From assembly GCA_965208325.1 (NCBI GenBank), contig OZ242326.1, positions 3,040,001 to 3,104,000 on the forward strand: a DNA stretch of 64,000 nucleotides, read 5' to 3'. This DNA is from Candidatus Poribacteria bacterium (GTDB lineage: Bacteria; Poribacteria; WGA-4E; PCPOR2b). The position numbers and the translations under genes were made by a program. The notes below the pieces were generated by a model. It had not been told where the DNA came from and made no database searches. It saw only the letters and a list, made by a program, of their open reading frames with translations. Position 1 is the first letter of the stretch. Every line of letters starts with the position of its first letter. Shown one piece after another: positions 19,068 to 29,715 of the stretch.

Positions 19068-19721
19068 TTAAAACACCCTACAAACCGCCCCCGAACCCGC
19101 ATCACAATACCAGAAGCAATCATCCCAGCGGGTCATGCCGTGCGGCTCCGGATGCGGTTCGGGAATTTCAATCTTGTCAATGATTGATCCGTCCTTGAGG
19201 CTCAACCGATAGAGCGCCCGGTGATTTGTTTCAACGCACCACAGGTCGTCGCCCTCCCACGCAAGGCCGTGCGGACGGTCTCCCGGCGCCGGGATAGAAT
19301 GCAGCACGGCAAGATTATTATCCGGATCTAACTGGTAAACCGCCGCAGAAGGCGGCACCGCCATCCATAACCTGCCGTCGCGCCATTCTAATCCGTGCGC
19401 CCCTGACCCCTGCGCGCCCGGTGTCGGATAGCAGGCTAGCGTCTTCCCGCTTGCGGGGTCGGCTTTCAAAATTGCAGGTCCATCGGCTGCTATGCGCGTC
19501 GGCGTTAGAGTCGATGCAAGCCAAAGGTTCCTGCCGTCCAACGTAATGCCGCTCCCGTGCACGGAATCTGTGTCGATAGCCTTCAAAGCTTCCCCTGCAT
19601 AGGAGACCAACATGGCTTGATTCGAGACCTGATCCAGAAACCAAATCCCTCCTTCTGTGGCTTGCATTCCATTTGGTTGGCGTCCCGGAAAGTCAAACAT
19701 TTTCTCTATTTTAACTTCCAT
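19068..19721 (-). CDS. Small beta-propeller protein (glutaminyl cyclase/Vgb-like)
   Basis: Repeated (P)HG(L/M)xW.G..LW blades; GAGG RBS. Confidence 0.7.
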   Translation of the reverse strand: MEVKIEKMFDFPGRQPNGMQATEGGIWFLDQVSNQAMLVSYAGEALKAIDTDSVHGSGITLDGRNLWLASTLTPTRIAADGPAILKADPASGKTLACYPTPGAQGSGAHGLEWRDGRLWMAVPPSAAVYQLDPDNNLAVLHSIPAPGDRPHGLAWEGDDLWCVETNHRALYRLSLKDGSIIDKIEIPEPHPEPHGMTRWDDCFWYCDAGSGAVCRVF

Positions 19722-19766
19722 ACGGAATCCTCATATTGACGCGCATCTGCCGTGTAATCTGACGTA

Positions 19767-20795
19767 CTAATCGAAGAGTTTTGACTTCGTTTCAATGATT
19801 TGTATCCGGCGTTGGGCTTCGGCTATCAAATCTTTTAAGGCGGCATTCTCGCTTGCAAGACGGATAAACGACCTGTATTGGGCAATCGCTTCTGCATTGT
19901 GCCCCTGCCGCTCATAAATAAATCCAAGATTCGCGTATGTCTCTGCCAAGTTCGGGTTGATTTGAATCGCCTCCATGTACGCAGCAATCGCCTCATCCCA
20001 TCTGTTCAATTCCTCATAGACATATCCGAGATTGTTGTGCGCCTCCGCGTAGTTTGGGTTGAGGCGGATGGCTGTCTTGTACGCCTCAACCGCTCCCTCG
20101 AATCTGCCCTGTTTACGATACACGATTCCCAGATTGGTATATGATTCTGCGTAGTTCGGGTTAATCTCAATCGCCTTCTTGTATGCGGAAATAGCGCCGT
20201 CGAATTTGCCCTGTTGCTGATACACAATTCCTAGATTGGTGTGCAGCACCGGACTGATCGGGTCAATTTGCACTGCCGTTGTGAACGCTGCTATCGCCGC
20301 TTCAAAATCGCCCTGTATTCCATACGCTTTACCGAGATTGTTATACGCCGCGGAAAAGTCTGCCTTGATACGGATTGCCGCTTTGAATTCAGGGATAGCT
20401 TTGTCAAGCTCCCCCATCTGCTGATAGATAATTCCCAGATTGTAGCGCACCGCTTCATCGGTGGGATTGACCTCGACCGCCTTCTGCCATCTAGAGAGGG
20501 CATCACTCAACGCTTTTTTTGCGTCGGGCGTGTCTATCCCCCCAAGAGCAAAAGCGGCGCCGCTCCGATTCAACGCCGCCTTATCATTCTGCAGCATCTC
20601 TGTTAATGCCGGAACAGCTGCGTGAGCGAGTTCGCCCATCCCGCCCAAGGTAATCGCAGCGCGCCGCCGAACGGACGCGTCCGCCGCTTCAAGCTGTTTT
20701 ATCAGCGACGCTATTCGCGGTTCATCGGCGCCGAACAAGTTTATCGTGGTACCCAAAAAACATAAAAGCGCAAAAACACTCGTCCTGCGTCTCAC
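19767..20795 (-). CDS. Secreted HEAT-repeat + TPR protein
   Basis: Signal peptide, VRRRAAITLG..AVPAL HEAT repeats, ~6 TPRs (AYNNLG..Y). Confidence 0.88.
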   Translation of the reverse strand: MRRRTSVFALLCFLGTTINLFGADEPRIASLIKQLEAADASVRRRAAITLGGMGELAHAAVPALTEMLQNDKAALNRSGAAFALGGIDTPDAKKALSDALSRWQKAVEVNPTDEAVRYNLGIIYQQMGELDKAIPEFKAAIRIKADFSAAYNNLGKAYGIQGDFEAAIAAFTTAVQIDPISPVLHTNLGIVYQQQGKFDGAISAYKKAIEINPNYAESYTNLGIVYRKQGRFEGAVEAYKTAIRLNPNYAEAHNNLGYVYEELNRWDEAIAAYMEAIQINPNLAETYANLGFIYERQGHNAEAIAQYRSFIRLASENAALKDLIAEAQRRIQIIETKSKLFD

Positions 20796-20937
20796 TGGAA
20801 ATTTTTCCTATTAAGTCAGGAACAAATGAAAAGTCTGTATGCTTCAGAATGAATCTGCACACCCTACACAAAAATTGCCGTCAACCTCGTGTTTGACGCT
20901 CTCTAAACGGGTGTTTCATCACCTGAATCTAACTGAT

Positions 20938-21155
20938 TAGACATCTTTCCAAAATAATTCCACCGCCCGATAGCCCCAGAGGGGCGACAGGTATATAGAA
21001 ATCACTGTTACACATTAACATCTAGCCCCAGCGGGGCGGCAGGTGTAAAACGACTACCCTCACGTTGGGCTAATACCCTGTAGGGGCAACCCTTGTGGTT
21101 GCCCTTAACGCTTCGGTTTTGTCAACCACATTGAGTTAATTAGGAAAGATGTCTA
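20938..21155. mobile_element. Second MITE-like element with ~22-bp imperfect terminal inverted repeats
   Basis: tagacatctttccaaaataatt ... agttaattaggaaagatgtcta (13 bp perfect including TA); encloses two gcccc.g.ggggc hairpins and a GTAG REP. Confidence 0.6.
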
Positions 21156-22142
21156 TTATTCGTCACGTCCAACCTGCTTCAGCCAACCCCATGTCAGTGC
21201 GTGCTTGCCGCCAGGCGACACGGAGAAAACCGTCACAAATTCAGGGTCGAACCACGCTGCGGCGCGGTTAAAGTTGCCTATCGTTGGAAGTTCTGTGCGA
21301 TTTCCTTTTCCATCAGCATCTTGAATGATAATCTTCGCTACGCCGCCCCCGAACGTAGTCGTTGCAAGTTCTTTGCCGTCCGGTGACCACTCAGGGTCTC
21401 TACAACACCCGATTTTTATCTGGTTTTTGCCATTTGCGCCCATTACAAAGATTTCAGCATGCCCGGAACGTTCCGTAATCCAGGCGATTTTTTCATTGTC
21501 CGGCGACCATGCAGGGTGCGAGTCCTTGGCGCGGTGATTGGTCAGATTTTGCAGATTTTCTCCGTTCGCGTCCATGAGGTGGAGGTCTCCAATCGTCTTA
21601 CCCCGTTTCGAAGAGAAGGCAATCTTTCGGGCGTCCCGCGACCACGCGGGTTGGATGTCGTCAGCGGGGTCGTTTGTAATATTCTCAATGATTTGCCCTG
21701 CCGCGTTCATGGTGTAGATTTCAAAGTTCCCGTCGCGGTTGGACGTGAAGGCTAGCTTCCCACCCCCAGGATGCCAGTTCGGCCAGCTGTCTTCTGCGGC
21801 ATCGTCGGTGAGCCGTTTCAACTTCATTCCATCCCCATTCACAACGTAGACATCAATGTTCTTCTTCGATTCAGTGTGGAATGCCAACCTTGTGCCATCC
21901 GGCGACCACTCCAATCCCAAGGGTTGCCCGTTAACCAACAGCAGTGCACGCTGATTGTTGCCGTCGGGGGTCATCAACCAGATATTGCCCTCGTCCGCGT
22001 TAGTAGAGACCGCGAGGGTTGGATTGTCCGGTGCTTTCGACTCGGCGCGTGACAGGAACATTGCACCCATTAGAAAAAGCACAACCAAACTAATTTTCAA
22101 GATTTCTGTTTTCTGATTTTGGATAGCCCTCACCCCCTGCAA
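21156..22142 (-). CDS. TolB-like PD40 beta-propeller, array copy 8
   Basis: Signal peptide, WSPDG repeats, C-terminal SVSPGGKHALTWGWLK. Confidence 0.9.
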   Translation of the reverse strand: MQGVRAIQNQKTEILKISLVVLFLMGAMFLSRAESKAPDNPTLAVSTNADEGNIWLMTPDGNNQRALLLVNGQPLGLEWSPDGTRLAFHTESKKNIDVYVVNGDGMKLKRLTDDAAEDSWPNWHPGGGKLAFTSNRDGNFEIYTMNAAGQIIENITNDPADDIQPAWSRDARKIAFSSKRGKTIGDLHLMDANGENLQNLTNHRAKDSHPAWSPDNEKIAWITERSGHAEIFVMGANGKNQIKIGCCRDPEWSPDGKELATTTFGGGVAKIIIQDADGKGNRTELPTIGNFNRAAAWFDPEFVTVFSVSPGGKHALTWGWLKQVGRDE

Positions 22143-22207
22143 TACGTTAGATAAGATAGTTCTCTCAAATCAAATCGGGCGGCAACTGAAAACTCTGGTA
22201 TAGTTTA

Positions 22208-23182
22208 TTATTCGTTACGCGCCGCCCTCTTCAGCCAGCCCCAAGTCAGCGCCTGCTTCTCGGCAGGCGACACTGAAAATACCGTCACAAAATCCGGGTC
22301 GAACCACGCGGGCGCACGGCTGACGTTGCTGACCCCCGGTAGTTCCAGCTGAGGCCCTTTTCCGTCCGCATCCCGGATGAAAATCCTTGAACCGCCCCCA
22401 AATGTCGCGCCGGCAATCTTTTCTCCGTCCGGAGACCACTCCGGATCGCGGCAACACGCGATGGGTACCTGATTTGCACCATCGGCAGCATCCATCGCAT
22501 AGATGTTGGCAGCACCCGTTCGGTTCGAGATAAACGCAATCTTCCGCTCATCGGGCGACCACGCGGCATGGGTATTCGCGGATCGGTTTTTCGTCAGATT
22601 TCGCATGTTCTCCCCGTTCGCGTCCATGACGTAAATGTCCCCAAGCGTCCTCCCCCGTTTGGAAGTAAACGCCATTCTTCGTCCGTCCGGCGACCACGCC
22701 GGATCGGTGTCCTTGACCGCGTCGTTCGTAACGTTCTTCAGTGCCTGACCCCCATCCGTCATCGTGTAGATTTCAAAGTTACCGTCCCGATTGGTCGTGA
22801 AGGCAATCGTTTTGCCGCTGGGATGCCAACTCGGTCGGCTGTCTTCCGCAGCATCTTCGGTGAGCCGTTTGAGGTTTTTCCCGTTGGCATTCACCACGTA
22901 GACATCAATATTCTTCCTCACCTCGGTATGGAACGCAAGCCTTCGCCCGTCTGGCGACCATTCCAGACCCAACGGCAGTGGATTAGCGTCAATCGCCAAC
23001 AGCGGGCGGACATCTTCCCCTTCCAAATTCATCAACCAGATAATCGCACCCTCGCCTACACTGGAAACCGCAAGCGTTGGCTTCTTAGGCGCTTGCGCAT
23101 GGACGTGCGTCAAAAGTACGCCATTGACAAAAAGAAACACGCCGACAAACACAACATAACGCCGCATTTTCTGAATTTGCAT
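22208..23182 (-). CDS. TolB-like PD40 beta-propeller, array copy 7
   Basis: Signal peptide, WSPDG repeats, SVSPAEKQALTWGWLK. Confidence 0.9.
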   Translation of the reverse strand: MQIQKMRRYVVFVGVFLFVNGVLLTHVHAQAPKKPTLAVSSVGEGAIIWLMNLEGEDVRPLLAIDANPLPLGLEWSPDGRRLAFHTEVRKNIDVYVVNANGKNLKRLTEDAAEDSRPSWHPSGKTIAFTTNRDGNFEIYTMTDGGQALKNVTNDAVKDTDPAWSPDGRRMAFTSKRGRTLGDIYVMDANGENMRNLTKNRSANTHAAWSPDERKIAFISNRTGAANIYAMDAADGANQVPIACCRDPEWSPDGEKIAGATFGGGSRIFIRDADGKGPQLELPGVSNVSRAPAWFDPDFVTVFSVSPAEKQALTWGWLKRAARNE

Positions 23183-23249
23183 AAATTGCTACCTCACTGT
23201 TTGATATCCGGAATCTGACTGATGGTTAAAACTCCAATACCAAAGCGTA

Positions 23250-24260
23250 TTAGTCATCGCCGCCAACCTGCTTAATCCAACCCCACGTTAATACTTGTTT
23301 GTCAACAAGTTCAACGGAGAATTCAACCACGAAATCAAGATCGAACCACGCTGGCGAGCGGTTCTGCAAGCCGATGTTTGGGAGATCATTCCAGTTCAGA
23401 TTGCCGGTCGCCGGGTGGATACGGATGTTCGCTTGGCCGCCGCCGAGCGCCGCCGCAGCAATGTGTTTCCCGTCCGGCGACCAACTCGCCTCCCTGTTGG
23501 GGAAACCGCCCGCCTTTGGGTCTTGAAGGTCGCTAATCTTCAAAATATTCCCGCCGTCCGCGGCATCCATTGTCCAAATCTCATCATTGCCGCTTCGACG
23601 AGACGTCCAAGCAATCATTTTGTTGTCCCACGACCATGTCGGTTGGATATCCTCGCCTCGAACATCAGTAAGGTTCTGCAGAATCTCCCCTTCACCATCC
23701 ATAAGGTAGATGTCTCCAAGGGATTTGCCTCGTTTCGACGCAAAGGCAATCTGCCGCCCGTTTCGCGACCATGCCGGATACTGGTCCTTGGCTGGATCGT
23801 TCGTCAGGTTACCCAAAATGTCACCCCGCATATTCATCGTGTAAATCTCATAATTCCCGTCACGATTAGTTTGGAATGCCATCCTTAGGCCGCTAGGATG
23901 CCAGGTGGGCCAACTGTCTTCCGCCTCGTGGTTGGTAAGTTTTTCGAGATTTTCGCCGTTGGCATCCACCACGTAGATATCAATGTTGTCTTCCAATTTG
24001 GTGAAGAACGCAATTTGGTTGCCATCCGGAGACCATTGCAAGCCCGAGGGTATCGGGTCTCCGTCAATTTCTAGAATCAGTCGCGGGTTCTTCCCATCGG
24101 GGCTGCGCATCCATATACCTACCCCTTCACCCGCATTAGTCGTGAGTGCGATAACTTCCCTCGCGGGCGCTTTTGCACCCGCCCCCACAACTAATACTGC
24201 GTTGCTCAATACCAACATCCCCAATAACCAGACGCACATCAACACTATTCGATTTTGCAC
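23250..24260 (-). CDS. TolB-like PD40 beta-propeller, array copy 6
   Basis: GTG start 24260 after GAGGTG; SVELVDKQVLTWGWIK tail. Confidence 0.88.
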   Translation of the reverse strand: MQNRIVLMCVWLLGMLVLSNAVLVVGAGAKAPAREVIALTTNAGEGVGIWMRSPDGKNPRLILEIDGDPIPSGLQWSPDGNQIAFFTKLEDNIDIYVVDANGENLEKLTNHEAEDSWPTWHPSGLRMAFQTNRDGNYEIYTMNMRGDILGNLTNDPAKDQYPAWSRNGRQIAFASKRGKSLGDIYLMDGEGEILQNLTDVRGEDIQPTWSWDNKMIAWTSRRSGNDEIWTMDAADGGNILKISDLQDPKAGGFPNREASWSPDGKHIAAAALGGGQANIRIHPATGNLNWNDLPNIGLQNRSPAWFDLDFVVEFSVELVDKQVLTWGWIKQVGGDD

Positions 24261-24337
24261 CGTAATCACCTCATTGATTAAAGGTTTATGCGTAACCGCG
24301 TTTAAGAGTGTGAGGTCTCGCATATCAATCTAGCAAG

Positions 24338-25339
24338 TCAATCATCTTGCACTATTTGCTTTACCCATCCCCACGTCATAGGACGTTTCTCGACTGGCGT
24401 AACGGAGAACTCAACTACGAATTTCGGATCGAACCACGCTGGGGAACGGTCTTGGGCGCCGATTGCCTGCAGGTCCATCCAATTCAGGTTGCCCTTTGCC
24501 GAATGCACGCGAATAGTCGCGCTGCCGCCCCCAAGTGCCGCCGAAGCGATGAGTTTGCCATCCGGCGACCAAGAGGGTTCCCGAACTCGAAAGCCTGCCG
24601 CTTTTGGATCCTGCAGATCGCTAATCTGCCTTGTATTCGCGCCGTCCGCGTCCATCGCCCAAATTTCTGCTGCGCCATTTCGAGCAGAGGTCCACGCAAT
24701 CTGCTTGCCGTCCCAAGACCACCTGGGTTGAAAATCTTCACCCCGAACGTTCGTGAGATTTTCCAAAATCTCGCCATTCTGGCTCATCAGGAATATATCG
24801 CCCAGCGTCTTCCCGCGTTTGGAGGCAAACGCTATCCGTCGAGCGTCCGGCGACCACGCCGGATAGTGGTCCTTGACAGCGTCGTTGGTCAGGTTGTCCA
24901 GAATATCCCCGCGTGATGTCATTGTGTAAATCTCAAGATTGCCGTCACGGTTGGTGTGGAAGGCTATCTTCTGCCCGCTGGGGTGCCATGTGGGCCAGCT
25001 GTCCTCTGATTCGTGTTCCGTGAGCTTACGAAGGTTTTCTCCGTCGCCGTTAACCACGTAAATATCAACGTTTTTATCTATCTCCGTGTGAAATGCTATC
25101 ATTGTTCCGTCCGGAGACCACACCAAACCCGACGGCATAGGATTGCCGTCAATCGGCAAAATGAGGCGGGCGCCACCGCCGTTATCATTCATCAGCCAAA
25201 TGCCTACGTCGCCATCACTTGCAACCGCAATGGTCGACCGATTCGGCGCTTGTGCTTCTACGTCCATCGCAAGCACCGTGCTGTACAAGAGCGGAAGACA
25301 GAAACAAATTACACGTGATAATGTTTTTTGTATTTCCAT
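24338..25339 (-). CDS. TolB-like PD40 beta-propeller, array copy 5
   Basis: AGGAGG RBS; SVTPVEKRPMTWGWVK tail. Confidence 0.9.
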   Translation of the reverse strand: MEIQKTLSRVICFCLPLLYSTVLAMDVEAQAPNRSTIAVASDGDVGIWLMNDNGGGARLILPIDGNPMPSGLVWSPDGTMIAFHTEIDKNVDIYVVNGDGENLRKLTEHESEDSWPTWHPSGQKIAFHTNRDGNLEIYTMTSRGDILDNLTNDAVKDHYPAWSPDARRIAFASKRGKTLGDIFLMSQNGEILENLTNVRGEDFQPRWSWDGKQIAWTSARNGAAEIWAMDADGANTRQISDLQDPKAAGFRVREPSWSPDGKLIASAALGGGSATIRVHSAKGNLNWMDLQAIGAQDRSPAWFDPKFVVEFSVTPVEKRPMTWGWVKQIVQDD

Positions 25340-25465
25340 AGCTTACAACCTCCTAACGAAAGCGTGCGTGTACGAAGGAATATGTGATGCCGCCCTATCT
25401 ACGCCGCTGCCCATAATTTCCAAATCGGTTTTCAACTGAAAATAAATATAGGTAGTTAGTATTCG

Positions 25466-26473
25466 TTATCGTCCTGCCAGCTTCAACCAGCCCCAGGTCA
25501 AAGGCTGTTTCTCCGCCGCGGAGACGGAAAATGCACCCACGAAGGCCGGATCAAACCAAGCCGGCGATCTATCTTCACCGCCCACCGCCGGTAAATCTTG
25601 CCACTCCAGATTGCCATCCGAAGGATGGATTCGGATGTTAATTACTCCTCCCTGCCCAAACGCCGTCGAGGCAATACGTCCGCCGTCAGGCGCCCACGTA
25701 ACATCCCTATTTCTCACTCCCGGTGCTCTGGGGTCCTGGAGGTCGCTTATCTTCATCGGATTCGCTCCATCCGCCTCCATTGACCAAATCTCCCCAGCAC
25801 CGTTACGGCGAGAGGTCCAAGCAATTCGATTCCCGTCCCGCGACCACTTGGGTTGAATATCTTCGCCGCGAACGTTGGTGAGATTTCGCACGTTCTCACC
25901 GCTAGCATCCATCACAAAGATGTCCCCAAGAGTCTTCCCCCGTTTGGAAGCAAAGGCTATCGTTCTACCATCTGGCGACCACGAGGGGTACTGGTCTTGC
26001 ACCGAGTCGTTCGTGATATTTTCCAATGCCTCTCCCGCCGATGTCATTGCATAGATTTCAAGGTTCCCATCGCGATTCGTGGAAAAGGCAAGCCTTTCCC
26101 CTTCCGGGTGCCAAGCCGCCCAGCTATCTTCTCCCGGATGGTCCGTCAGTCTGCTGAGATTTTCCCCGCCGGCATCCACAACGTAGACATCCATGTTCCC
26201 TTCTAATTCGGCATGGAACGCAATCTGTTTCCCGTTGAATGACCAAGTTAAGCCCGACGGCAGCGAGTCCTCTCCAACCTCTAAAACCAACCGAGGATTC
26301 TCTCCTTCGGGGGTCATAAACCAGATGCCTACCCCTTTCCTCACGTCCGTAGCAAACGCAATAGTCGGCTCGTCAGGCACCTCAGCCGGCGCGTTCCCGA
26401 TGAGTATCGCACTCAGTAGTAGTAACAGCCAGACCGAATATACCGCACATATCAAAAATTTCTGAATGCACAT
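25466..26473 (-). CDS. TolB-like PD40 beta-propeller, array copy 4
   Basis: Signal peptide; SVSAAEKQPLTWGWLK tail. Confidence 0.9.
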   Translation of the reverse strand: MCIQKFLICAVYSVWLLLLLSAILIGNAPAEVPDEPTIAFATDVRKGVGIWFMTPEGENPRLVLEVGEDSLPSGLTWSFNGKQIAFHAELEGNMDVYVVDAGGENLSRLTDHPGEDSWAAWHPEGERLAFSTNRDGNLEIYAMTSAGEALENITNDSVQDQYPSWSPDGRTIAFASKRGKTLGDIFVMDASGENVRNLTNVRGEDIQPKWSRDGNRIAWTSRRNGAGEIWSMEADGANPMKISDLQDPRAPGVRNRDVTWAPDGGRIASTAFGQGGVINIRIHPSDGNLEWQDLPAVGGEDRSPAWFDPAFVGAFSVSAAEKQPLTWGWLKLAGR

Positions 26474-26549
26474 CCTGTGGTCCCTTTTATGTTATTGAAA
26501 ATTCGAGGTGTGTGTCATCGCGTCATTCCGCCGCACACACAGTCCATTG

Positions 26550-27533
26550 TTAATTGTCCGATCGCACCTGTTTCACCCATCCCCAACTCAAGAGCCGCGC
26601 CTTGATAGGCGTCACGGAAAACTCCGGAATAAAACCAGGGTCGAACCAAGCTGGAGACCGATTCGGGAAACCGATGTCCGGTATCTCTTTCCAGTCGCCT
26701 TCTCCGTTGGGGTTGCTAGTAAAAACTACAGCTCTGCCGCCGCCAAAACCCACACCGGCGACCCTCCTGCCATCTGGTGACCACTCAGGGTCGCGCTTCA
26801 CTCCCGCATAACCGATTAGCTCAACTATGTTCCCGCCATCCGCAGCATCCATCACGAAGAGTTGACCGTTCCCCGGCCGAAAAGAGATCCATGCTATCTT
26901 CTCATTATCCGGAGACCACGCAGGTTGGCTGTCTTCCGCTTTATGATTGGTGAGATTGGTCAGGTTTTGACCATCGACGTCCATGGTGTAGACATCTCCC
27001 AGCGTCCGCCCGCGCTTCGAGCTAAACGCAAGCTTACGGCCGTCCCGCGTCCACGCCGGATGGAGATCGTTGGCAGGGTCATCTACAAGTTTCTTCTGGA
27101 TAACTCCATTCGGCGTCATCGTGTAGATGTCAAAGTTTCCGTCACGGTTTGTTGAAAATGCAATACGTTGACCGCTAGGATGCCAGTCGGGCCACGCGTC
27201 CTCCGCCTCGTGGTCGGTGAGTCTTTTGAGGTTAGCCCCGTCGCCGTCGACAATGTAGATATCAGTGTTCAACTTCAGATGTGTATGAAAAACCAGTTTT
27301 TCGCCGTCCGGGGACCAGTTCAAACTCAAGGGAACTGGATCGCCGCCAACTTCAAGGATAGGGCGTTGATTTTCCCCATCAGTATCCATCACCCAAATAT
27401 TCCCGCCCGCTGCATCGCTAGAGACCGCAATGGTCGGGTTTTTGGGCGCCTGTGCCTCAACACTCACGATGCACCCTATTCCAATCAAAATGAACATACC
27501 GATGTACAGGACATATAGCTTCCGTAATTGCAT
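26550..27533 (-). CDS. TolB-like PD40 beta-propeller, array copy 3
   Basis: Start ATG 27533 after AAGGGGG; SVTPIKARLLSWGWVK tail. Confidence 0.88.
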   Translation of the reverse strand: MQLRKLYVLYIGMFILIGIGCIVSVEAQAPKNPTIAVSSDAAGGNIWVMDTDGENQRPILEVGGDPVPLSLNWSPDGEKLVFHTHLKLNTDIYIVDGDGANLKRLTDHEAEDAWPDWHPSGQRIAFSTNRDGNFDIYTMTPNGVIQKKLVDDPANDLHPAWTRDGRKLAFSSKRGRTLGDVYTMDVDGQNLTNLTNHKAEDSQPAWSPDNEKIAWISFRPGNGQLFVMDAADGGNIVELIGYAGVKRDPEWSPDGRRVAGVGFGGGRAVVFTSNPNGEGDWKEIPDIGFPNRSPAWFDPGFIPEFSVTPIKARLLSWGWVKQVRSDN

Positions 27534-27655
27534 AGCCGATAACCCCCTTCCGGTACGATTACGGATTATTCTTCGCATCGTTAATCGAATCGCTCCGTTT
27601 GTAGAAAGGTTTCACATACTTACCGTCACACTTTGCTTCAAAATATGCGCCGAAT

Positions 27656-28501
27656 TTATGCAAGCCCCGTCAGTTTTTCGCTTAGCTCCCAAAGCCCCTT
27701 CTGTAGTTGCGTATCTTTAAATTTGGGCGGTATCGCTTTGAGCTTCTTTTTGTCAAAATATCCGCCGGTAACCCCTTGAACCTCATCGGAACTCGCCAAA
27801 TAGATACTGGTCTGCGCGGCCTCTTCCGGGGAATGGGTAAACCTTTTCATGATTTTACTCATCAAGGGTTGGTACCACTTCTGCGGATGCACATTCCAAA
27901 TTCCAGTAGAGGCCTGGCCCGGATGCAATGCGTTTGCCGTGACGCGTGTATCTTTCAAACGCTCCGCAATTTCCATGGTGAACAGAACAACAGCCAGTTT
28001 GGAAGTCGCATACGCCTTGAAACTCTTATACTTCCTTTGGAAATGTGGATCGTCAAAGTCAATTTTGCCCTGAACATACGCATTGGACGCAACGTTCACA
28101 ATGCGCGCTTCGGGTGCTTGTTTGAGCATTGGCAGTAGCAAATTCGTAAGGAGAAATGGCCCCAGATAGTTAACTCCCATGGTCGCTTCAAATCCATCCG
28201 GCGTCTCTTCCCTTTCAGGGCGAAAGATGCCCGCATTATTTATTAACACGTGCAAATGGCTATATCTCTGCGATAATTCATCGGCGAACTCACGAATTGA
28301 AGCGAGCGATGCCAAATCAACCTGCATCATCTCAACCTTCGTGTTCCCGCTTTCCAGTTTAATCGATTCGTACACAGGTCTAGCATCGTTTAGATCAATG
28401 CATGCCATGACAATGGTCGCACCTTTTTTAGCGAGAGCTTTGGTAATTTCTCTCCCAATGCCGCCGTCAGCGCCGGTAATCAGTACCGTTTTTCCATCCA
28501 C
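27656..28501 (-). CDS. SDR oxidoreductase (retinol dehydrogenase-like)
   Basis: TGADGGIG, NNAG, YATSK, ANALHPG. Confidence 0.92.
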   Translation of the reverse strand: MDGKTVLITGADGGIGREITKALAKKGATIVMACIDLNDARPVYESIKLESGNTKVEMMQVDLASLASIREFADELSQRYSHLHVLINNAGIFRPEREETPDGFEATMGVNYLGPFLLTNLLLPMLKQAPEARIVNVASNAYVQGKIDFDDPHFQRKYKSFKAYATSKLAVVLFTMEIAERLKDTRVTANALHPGQASTGIWNVHPQKWYQPLMSKIMKRFTHSPEEAAQTSIYLASSDEVQGVTGGYFDKKKLKAIPPKFKDTQLQKGLWELSEKLTGLA

Positions 28502-28591
28502 GGTTAGTGTGCTTTCTGAAATGAGTTAATTGAACATCTCCTGCGCAATGCTGTCGATCAACGCGCCCATCGTTTATCATACGGCAAATTG

Positions 28592-29602
28592 TCAATTGCC
28601 ATGAACTGCCCGTTTTAGCCAGCTCCAAGTTAAAATGCGCTTAGCCGCAGGGGAAACGGCGAATGCACCGATAAAATCGGGGTCGAACCAAGCAGGTGAC
28701 CGAGTTCGTGCACCAATCTGCAAGCGCCCTTGTTCTGCTTCATCAGCCCCGGCGATAGCCAAGATAATGAAACTATCCCCGCCCCCAGCCGTCACGTAAG
28801 CAACCATCTCCCCATCGGGAGACCAAGTGGGCTCAAGTTCCTCCCAATGGTCACGAGGCGCGGCAAAGGCATTGAGTTTCGCAGCGTTCGCACCGTCTGC
28901 GTCCATTAGAAAAATATCACCCGTTCCATCGCGATGGGATGTCCAGAGGATTTGCGAGCCATCCGGCGACCACTTGGGTTGTGAATCTAGAGCGCGATGA
29001 TTGGTGAGATTACGCAAGTCTTCACCATTGGCATCCATCACGAAAAGATCGCCGAGGGTTTTCCCTCGCTTAGAAGAGAAGACAATGCTCCGGCCATCCG
29101 GCGACCAGGCCGGGTCGATGTCGATGACAGGGTCATTTGTTAGGTTTTCGATGCCTTCACCCTCCGCCGTCATCACGTAGATATCAAAATTGCCGTCTCG
29201 GTCAGACGTGAAGATAATTCGCTGGTTGCCGGGGTGCCATTGAGGCCAACTGTCTTCTGCAGGCGCTTCGGTGAGCTGTTTGAGATTACGCCCATCGGCG
29301 TTCATTACATAGATGTCAACATTTCCATTTACTTCGGTGTGAAACGCCAGTTTTCGGCCATCCGGCGACCACGCCAATCCTAGCGGCAACGGGTTTCCGA
29401 CTATGTCTAGAATGGCACGTTGGTCCGCTCCATCGGGGTCAATCAACCAAATCGTGCCTCCCTCGCGCGGGTCAGCGGTAACCGCGATTGTCGGTTTATC
29501 AGGCGCTTGCTGTGCTAGCGCAATCGCCGGCAGGATGACATTCACCAAGAAAACCAGACCGGCACATACTATCCGCACGGCCGAATTTCGGACGTCTTGC
29601 AT
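28592..29602 (-). CDS. TolB-like PD40 beta-propeller, array copy 2
   Basis: Probable start MQDVRNS (29602); AVSPAAKRILTWSWLK tail. Confidence 0.87.
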   Translation of the reverse strand: MQDVRNSAVRIVCAGLVFLVNVILPAIALAQQAPDKPTIAVTADPREGGTIWLIDPDGADQRAILDIVGNPLPLGLAWSPDGRKLAFHTEVNGNVDIYVMNADGRNLKQLTEAPAEDSWPQWHPGNQRIIFTSDRDGNFDIYVMTAEGEGIENLTNDPVIDIDPAWSPDGRSIVFSSKRGKTLGDLFVMDANGEDLRNLTNHRALDSQPKWSPDGSQILWTSHRDGTGDIFLMDADGANAAKLNAFAAPRDHWEELEPTWSPDGEMVAYVTAGGGDSFIILAIAGADEAEQGRLQIGARTRSPAWFDPDFIGAFAVSPAAKRILTWSWLKRAVHGN

Positions 29603-29715
29603 CTGTGCATTCCCTATCTCGCCCGCGCTAGCCCAACACCAAAAAGCCCCATCTTCCCGCCGCACGCCGCGGGGAAGTTTCCGCAGTGCCCCATAAACGC
29701 TAGCACCAGCGGTCA

